The notes under the pieces were generated by a model. The model was not told where the DNA came from. It saw only the letters and a list, made by a program, of their open reading frames with translations, and made no database searches. From Vicinamibacteria bacterium (GTDB taxonomy: Bacteria; Acidobacteriota; Vicinamibacteria; Marinacidobacterales; Marinacidobacteraceae): a stretch of 64,000 nt of DNA. The position numbers and the translations under genes are program-made. Location of the stretch: the NCBI GenBank assembly GCA_963668695.2, contig CAXXLQ010000004.1, positions 2,656,001 through 2,720,000 on the forward strand. Reading direction: 5' to 3'. Within the stretch, counting starts at the first letter, position 1; each line of letters opens with the position of its first letter. Positions 60,010-64,000 of this stretch are shown one piece after another.

Positions 60010-61023
60010 ATGCGCGACATCGCTCCGGTGCTCGACTCCTGGCTTTGTCGAGAAGGGCCGCTCGCGCTGTCCACCGTGGTCCATACCTGGGGTTCGGGAC
60101 CTCGCCGGCCGGGCGCCCGGATGACCGTCGATTCGAGCGGCGGGATCGCCGGCTCGGTGAGCGGGGGCTGCGTGGAGTCGAGCGTGGTGCAAGCCGCGCG
60201 CGAGGTGATCGAAACCGGCACGCCCAGGCTCCTCCGGTTCGCAGTTTCGGACGAACTGGCGTGGGGCGTCGGGCTTGCCTGCGGGGGTGCACTCTCGGTG
60301 TTCGTGGAACGCGCGGACCGGGAGCTGCTCACCCAGGTGCGGGAGGGGATGCGGCGCCGGCTTCCGGTGGCGCTGGCGGTGGTCACCTCGGGACCGAATC
60401 TCGGGGAGAGCCTGGTCCTGGCTCCGGGTTCGTCGGGCTCCGGGTCTCCGGAACTCGCCGAGGTTGCCGAGACGGCACTCGCGTCGGGACGGCCGCTCTC
60501 GACCGAAACCGCCCGCGGCCCGGTGTTTTGCGACGTGATCCTCCCCTCCGAATCACTGGTGATCGTCGGCGGCGTCCACATCGCGCAGGCGCTCTGCGGT
60601 CTCGCGCAGCGCGTCGGCTACCGCCCGGTGATCTGCGATCCGCGCCCGGTGTTCGCCTCCGCCGAGCGCTTCCCGGGCGTCGAGATCGTGAACGACTGGC
60701 CCGAAGAGGGTTTCCGCCGGATCGGGCTGGACGCCAGCACCGCCGTCGCCACGCTGACGCACGACCCGAAACTGGATGACCCGGCGCTTGCCCTGGCCCT
60801 CGAGAGCCCCGCCTTCTATGTGGGGGCGCTCGGAAGCCGGAAGACTCACGAACGCCGGCTGGGCCGCCTTCGGGAGCGCGGCGTTTCGGAAGCCGCCCTC
60901 GCGCGGATTGCGGCGCCTATCGGACTGCCGATCGGTGCGCGCTCTCCGGACCAGATCGCGCTCGCGGTGATGGCCGAGGTGGTGGCCGCCCGGAACGGGG
61001 TGCGCGGCATTCGGGCCGGATGA
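60010..61023 (+). CDS. XdhC/CoxF family maturase
   Basis: GSVSGGCVE, GLACGG, THDPKLD, GALGSR, PIGL.IGA. Confidence 0.9.
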   Translation: MRDIAPVLDSWLCREGPLALSTVVHTWGSGPRRPGARMTVDSSGGIAGSVSGGCVESSVVQAAREVIETGTPRLLRFAVSDELAWGVGLACGGALSVFVERADRELLTQVREGMRRRLPVALAVVTSGPNLGESLVLAPGSSGSGSPELAEVAETALASGRPLSTETARGPVFCDVILPSESLVIVGGVHIAQALCGLAQRVGYRPVICDPRPVFASAERFPGVEIVNDWPEEGFRRIGLDASTAVATLTHDPKLDDPALALALESPAFYVGALGSRKTHERRLGRLRERGVSEAALARIAAPIGLPIGARSPDQIALAVMAEVVAARNGVRGIRAG

Positions 61024-61751
61024 GCCCGGTCCTGGAACTCGACCGGATCGTAAGGCGCTACCCCCAGGCGGACGGGTCGGAACTGACCGTCCTCGATTCC
61101 GTCAGTCTGAAGATCGAGTCCGGCGAAACCGTTTCTGTCGCCGGCCGTTCGGGCAGCGGGAAGAGCACCCTGCTCCACATTGCCGCCGGCATCGAAGCTC
61201 CGAGCGAAGGGACGGTGCGCCTGGGGGGACAGGACCTCGCCGGCCTTCGGGACCCGGAGCGCAGCCGGCTCCGGGGACGCTTTGTGGGCCTGGTCTTCCA
61301 GTTCTTCCATCTCGTGCCGTACCTGACCGTCCGGGAGAACGTCCTGCTGCCAGCGCGCATTGCTGGCGTCCGAAGCGTGCCGGACGATGAAGGGGTCCTT
61401 CGGGAAGTTGGCGCCGGCGCGGATCGCTTGTTGGGCGCGGTGGGACTCGAAAACCGCGCCCGCGAGCCGGCGCGACGGCTCTCCGGCGGGGAGATGCAGC
61501 GCACCGCGATCGCCCGGGCGCTTCTCCTCGGGCCGGCGCTCCTGTTGGCCGACGAGCCGACCGGAAACCTCGACGCCCGCGGGGCTCAGGCGGTGACGGA
61601 TCTGCTCTTCCGCATGGTTCGCCAGCGCGGCGCGGCGTTGCTGCTCGCGACCCATGATCCCGAGCTCGCGGCCCGGGCGGAGACCCGCCTCCGATTGCGC
61701 GGCGGTCGTCTTTCCTCGGGCGAGGCGGCGCATCCCGCCGGACCGGAGTGA
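61020..61751 (+). CDS. ABC transporter ATP-binding protein
   Basis: [27 protein letters not shown]. Confidence 0.92.
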   Translation: MSPVLELDRIVRRYPQADGSELTVLDSVSLKIESGETVSVAGRSGSGKSTLLHIAAGIEAPSEGTVRLGGQDLAGLRDPERSRLRGRFVGLVFQFFHLVPYLTVRENVLLPARIAGVRSVPDDEGVLREVGAGADRLLGAVGLENRAREPARRLSGGEMQRTAIARALLLGPALLLADEPTGNLDARGAQAVTDLLFRMVRQRGAALLLATHDPELAARAETRLRLRGGRLSSGEAAHPAGPE

Positions 61752-64000
61752 TCCGGCTGCTCCTCCGCGCCGCGCCGGCGCGCTTTCGGGCGGCGCCCGC
61801 GCTCGGCGCGCTGCCCATCGCGGTAATCGCCCTCGGCGCCGGTGCGGTGCTCTCGGTAGGGCTCCTGAACCGCGCGGCGCTCGAGACCCTCGACGCCAGT
61901 CTCGAGGTCCTTTCCGGCAGCGCCGACCTCGTCGTTACCGGGCTCCTGGAGGAAGCCGGCAGCGTCCCCGACGACGCGTGGCCGGCCGTCCTTGCGACTC
62001 CAGGTGTTCGGCGCGCCGCGCCCGTGATTCGTCTGGCCGGGTTGTGGGTAGGAACCCGGGAGCGCGAGGCGTCGGTTCCCGGGTGGGGCGTGGACATCGC
62101 TTCCGCATCCTTCAGTTTCACCGGTCCACAGGAGGCGGGCACGCGCCTTTCGCCGGGCGTGTTCTTCGCGGGCGGCATTGTCTTGCCGGGGCCGGTCGCC
62201 GACCGGCTCGGCGTCGGGGTTGGCGATCCGGTCTGGATCGGCGGAGTCCCGGATCAGGGGCGGCGGCGCCCAACGCTGGTGGCGGGGACTTTCGCCGCAG
62301 AAGATGCGCGCGCCGCCGCGTTCCTGGACCTCGCCTACGCCCAGGCGCTCCGCGGAAAGGCCGGCTTCGACCGGATCGAGGTGTCGGTGGCGGAGGGATT
62401 CGACGTCGAGGCCGTCCGAAGTGCGCTGTCGGCCCGGATTCCGGGAGTGCGGGTCGAGGAGAGCGGCACCCTGCGCGCCGAGGGTGCGGAACTCTTCTCG
62501 GCTTTCCGGCTGAACCTCCTGGCGCTCTCCGCGGTGAGCCTGCTGGTGGCCGCGTTCCTGGTGTACGCGAGCGTTCGCGCGGCACTCGCCGCCCGCCGCC
62601 AGGAGATCGGGCTCTACCGGGCGCTCGGGGCCTCGGCGCGGCGGGTGGGGGCGTTGCTCTTCGGCGAGGTGTTCCTCATGGCGCTGGTCGGCGCCGCCCT
62701 CGGCATTCCGGTAGGAGCGCTGGCGGCCGGAGCTTCGCTGGATCGGGTGAGCGCCACGATCTCGAACCTGTACCTGCTCGAGCGGATCGAGAGCCTCACG
62801 ATCGATCCGCAGGCCGTGTTCGTCGCGGTGCTGGTGGCGGTGCTGGCCGCGCTCCTCGGTGCGGCGCCGGAGGTGTTTCGGGAGGCGTCACGCCCGCCGG
62901 TGGCGCTGCTCGCGCCCGGACGGGTGTCCGCGTCCCCGGCGCGGCGCCGGTGGTGGCGCCTTTGGCCGCCGGTCGCCGGGACGGCGTTGATCGGGGTGGC
63001 GGCGTGGGCGCTTTTTGACCCCGGAAGCTGGCCGGCCCGCCTGGGAAGCGGTTTCGGGGCGGCCGGAGCCCTTCTCGTGGGCGCCGCGCTGCTCCCGGAC
63101 TCGGTCCTTCGACTGGGCGCGAGGTTCCGGGCGGGGCAGGGCTCCGCGGTCGGCCGCGGCGTTCTCGCCGCCCTCCGGGAGCCGGGCTCCACGGGACCGC
63201 CGGCGGCGGCGCTGGTGGTGGCGGTCGCGATGCTGGTCGGGGTCAGTTCCCTGATCGGGAGCTTCCGGGCCACCCTGGACGCCTGGCTCGGCGAGACCCT
63301 GGCCGCGGACGTCTACGTGTCCCGGGCGGGAGGCCCGGGGCGGATCGCGGCGGAACGCCGGGCCTTGTCCCCTGAAGTGTTGTCGGTTACCGCCGCGGAT
63401 CCCGACGTCCGGGACCGCGATCTGCTGCGTGCGCTCAGGATTCGTCTCGCCGGACGTCCGGTGTCGGTGCTCGGAGTGGATGCCGCACTGCCGGACGGCG
63501 GGGAACGGTTCTCGATTCTGGGGGATCGCGAGACCGCCCTCGCCGGATTCCGGGCGGGAGATGTCCTGGTGTCCGAACCGCTCTCCCGGCGGCTCGACCT
63601 CGCGGCCGGCGACCGTTTGCTGCTCCCGACGGGTGATACGTCCGGCGCCGAGGGCCACCCGCTGCGGGTCGCCGGCGTCTATCGAGATTACGGGAACGAG
63701 ATGGGGGCTTTCTTTCTGGACCGGGGCCTCATGAACCGCCTTTACCCTCCGGAACCGGGAACGGATGCGCCGGTCCACGGGACAGCTCTCTACCTTCGGG
63801 AGGGGGCGGATCGCGCGGAGGTGGTCACCCGCCTGGAACGAACTCTCGGGCCGAGCGCGAATGTCATCGACAACGCCACGCTCCGGGCGCGGGCGCTTCG
63901 GGTCTTCGACCAGACGATGGCGGTGACCGGATTGCTGCGCGTCTTCGCTCTGGTGATCGCGGCGCTTGGGATGGGGCTCTTCCTGTGGACGCTGGTGCGG
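61748..64000 (+). CDS. FtsX/MacB-like ABC permease (runs off the window)
   Basis: GTG overlapping the upstream TGA; translates to AF.LNL.ALS, RRQEIGLYRALGA, SFRATL..WL, VFDQT; absent from the ORF track because no stop codon is reached. Confidence 0.85.
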   Translation, partial: MIRLLLRAAPARFRAAPALGALPIAVIALGAGAVLSVGLLNRAALETLDASLEVLSGSADLVVTGLLEEAGSVPDDAWPAVLATPGVRRAAPVIRLAGLWVGTREREASVPGWGVDIASASFSFTGPQEAGTRLSPGVFFAGGIVLPGPVADRLGVGVGDPVWIGGVPDQGRRRPTLVAGTFAAEDARAAAFLDLAYAQALRGKAGFDRIEVSVAEGFDVEAVRSALSARIPGVRVEESGTLRAEGAELFSAFRLNLLALSAVSLLVAAFLVYASVRAALAARRQEIGLYRALGASARRVGALLFGEVFLMALVGAALGIPVGALAAGASLDRVSATISNLYLLERIESLTIDPQAVFVAVLVAVLAALLGAAPEVFREASRPPVALLAPGRVSASPARRRWWRLWPPVAGTALIGVAAWALFDPGSWPARLGSGFGAAGALLVGAALLPDSVLRLGARFRAGQGSAVGRGVLAALREPGSTGPPAAALVVAVAMLVGVSSLIGSFRATLDAWLGETLAADVYVSRAGGPGRIAAERRALSPEVLSVTAADPDVRDRDLLRALRIRLAGRPVSVLGVDAALPDGGERFSILGDRETALAGFRAGDVLVSEPLSRRLDLAAGDRLLLPTGDTSGAEGHPLRVAGVYRDYGNEMGAFFLDRGLMNRLYPPEPGTDAPVHGTALYLREGADRAEVVTRLERTLGPSANVIDNATLRARALRVFDQTMAVTGLLRVFALVIAALGMGLFLWTLVR

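Overview
GC-rich (~69% by eye) bacterial chromosome segment, most likely Acidobacteriota (inference from the Acidobacteria-type VWA protein, carboxypeptidase-domain TonB receptors, VPS10/LVIVD/PD40 secreted proteins; Ig-repeat proteins and cox genes would fit a marine or sponge-associated lineage). Coding content: secreted hydrolases, amino-acid catabolism genes (pruA, Thr/Ser dehydratase, IDO-like dioxygenase), a form I aerobic CO dehydrogenase (coxMSL, AYRCSFR) and a form II coxSLM-DEF cluster (AYRGAGR), four toxin-antitoxin pairs plus a remnant, and a rearranged 44-51 kb zone (IS256 remnant, 586-bp duplication). The most unusual signal is a nested set of small non-coding repeats. (1) Seven copies of a 179-bp MITE-like element (CAGCCTG...CAGGCTG, 4-bp NTAN duplication, net +183 bp, frame-preserving); one copy sits in frame inside a TonB-receptor gene. 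(2) A REP-like palindrome family. (3) A ~19-nt micro-module, GGCC-AGTTCTCCCGGTGGG-GGCC, seen about 12 times and only inside those two unrelated repeat families, at several sites and in both orientations. (4) A 3 x 90-bp structured array nested in one MITE copy. No transposase, RAYT or reverse transcriptase able to mobilise them is in the window. Coordinates were counted by hand and may be off by a few bases. Product calls come from motif recognition, not database searches.
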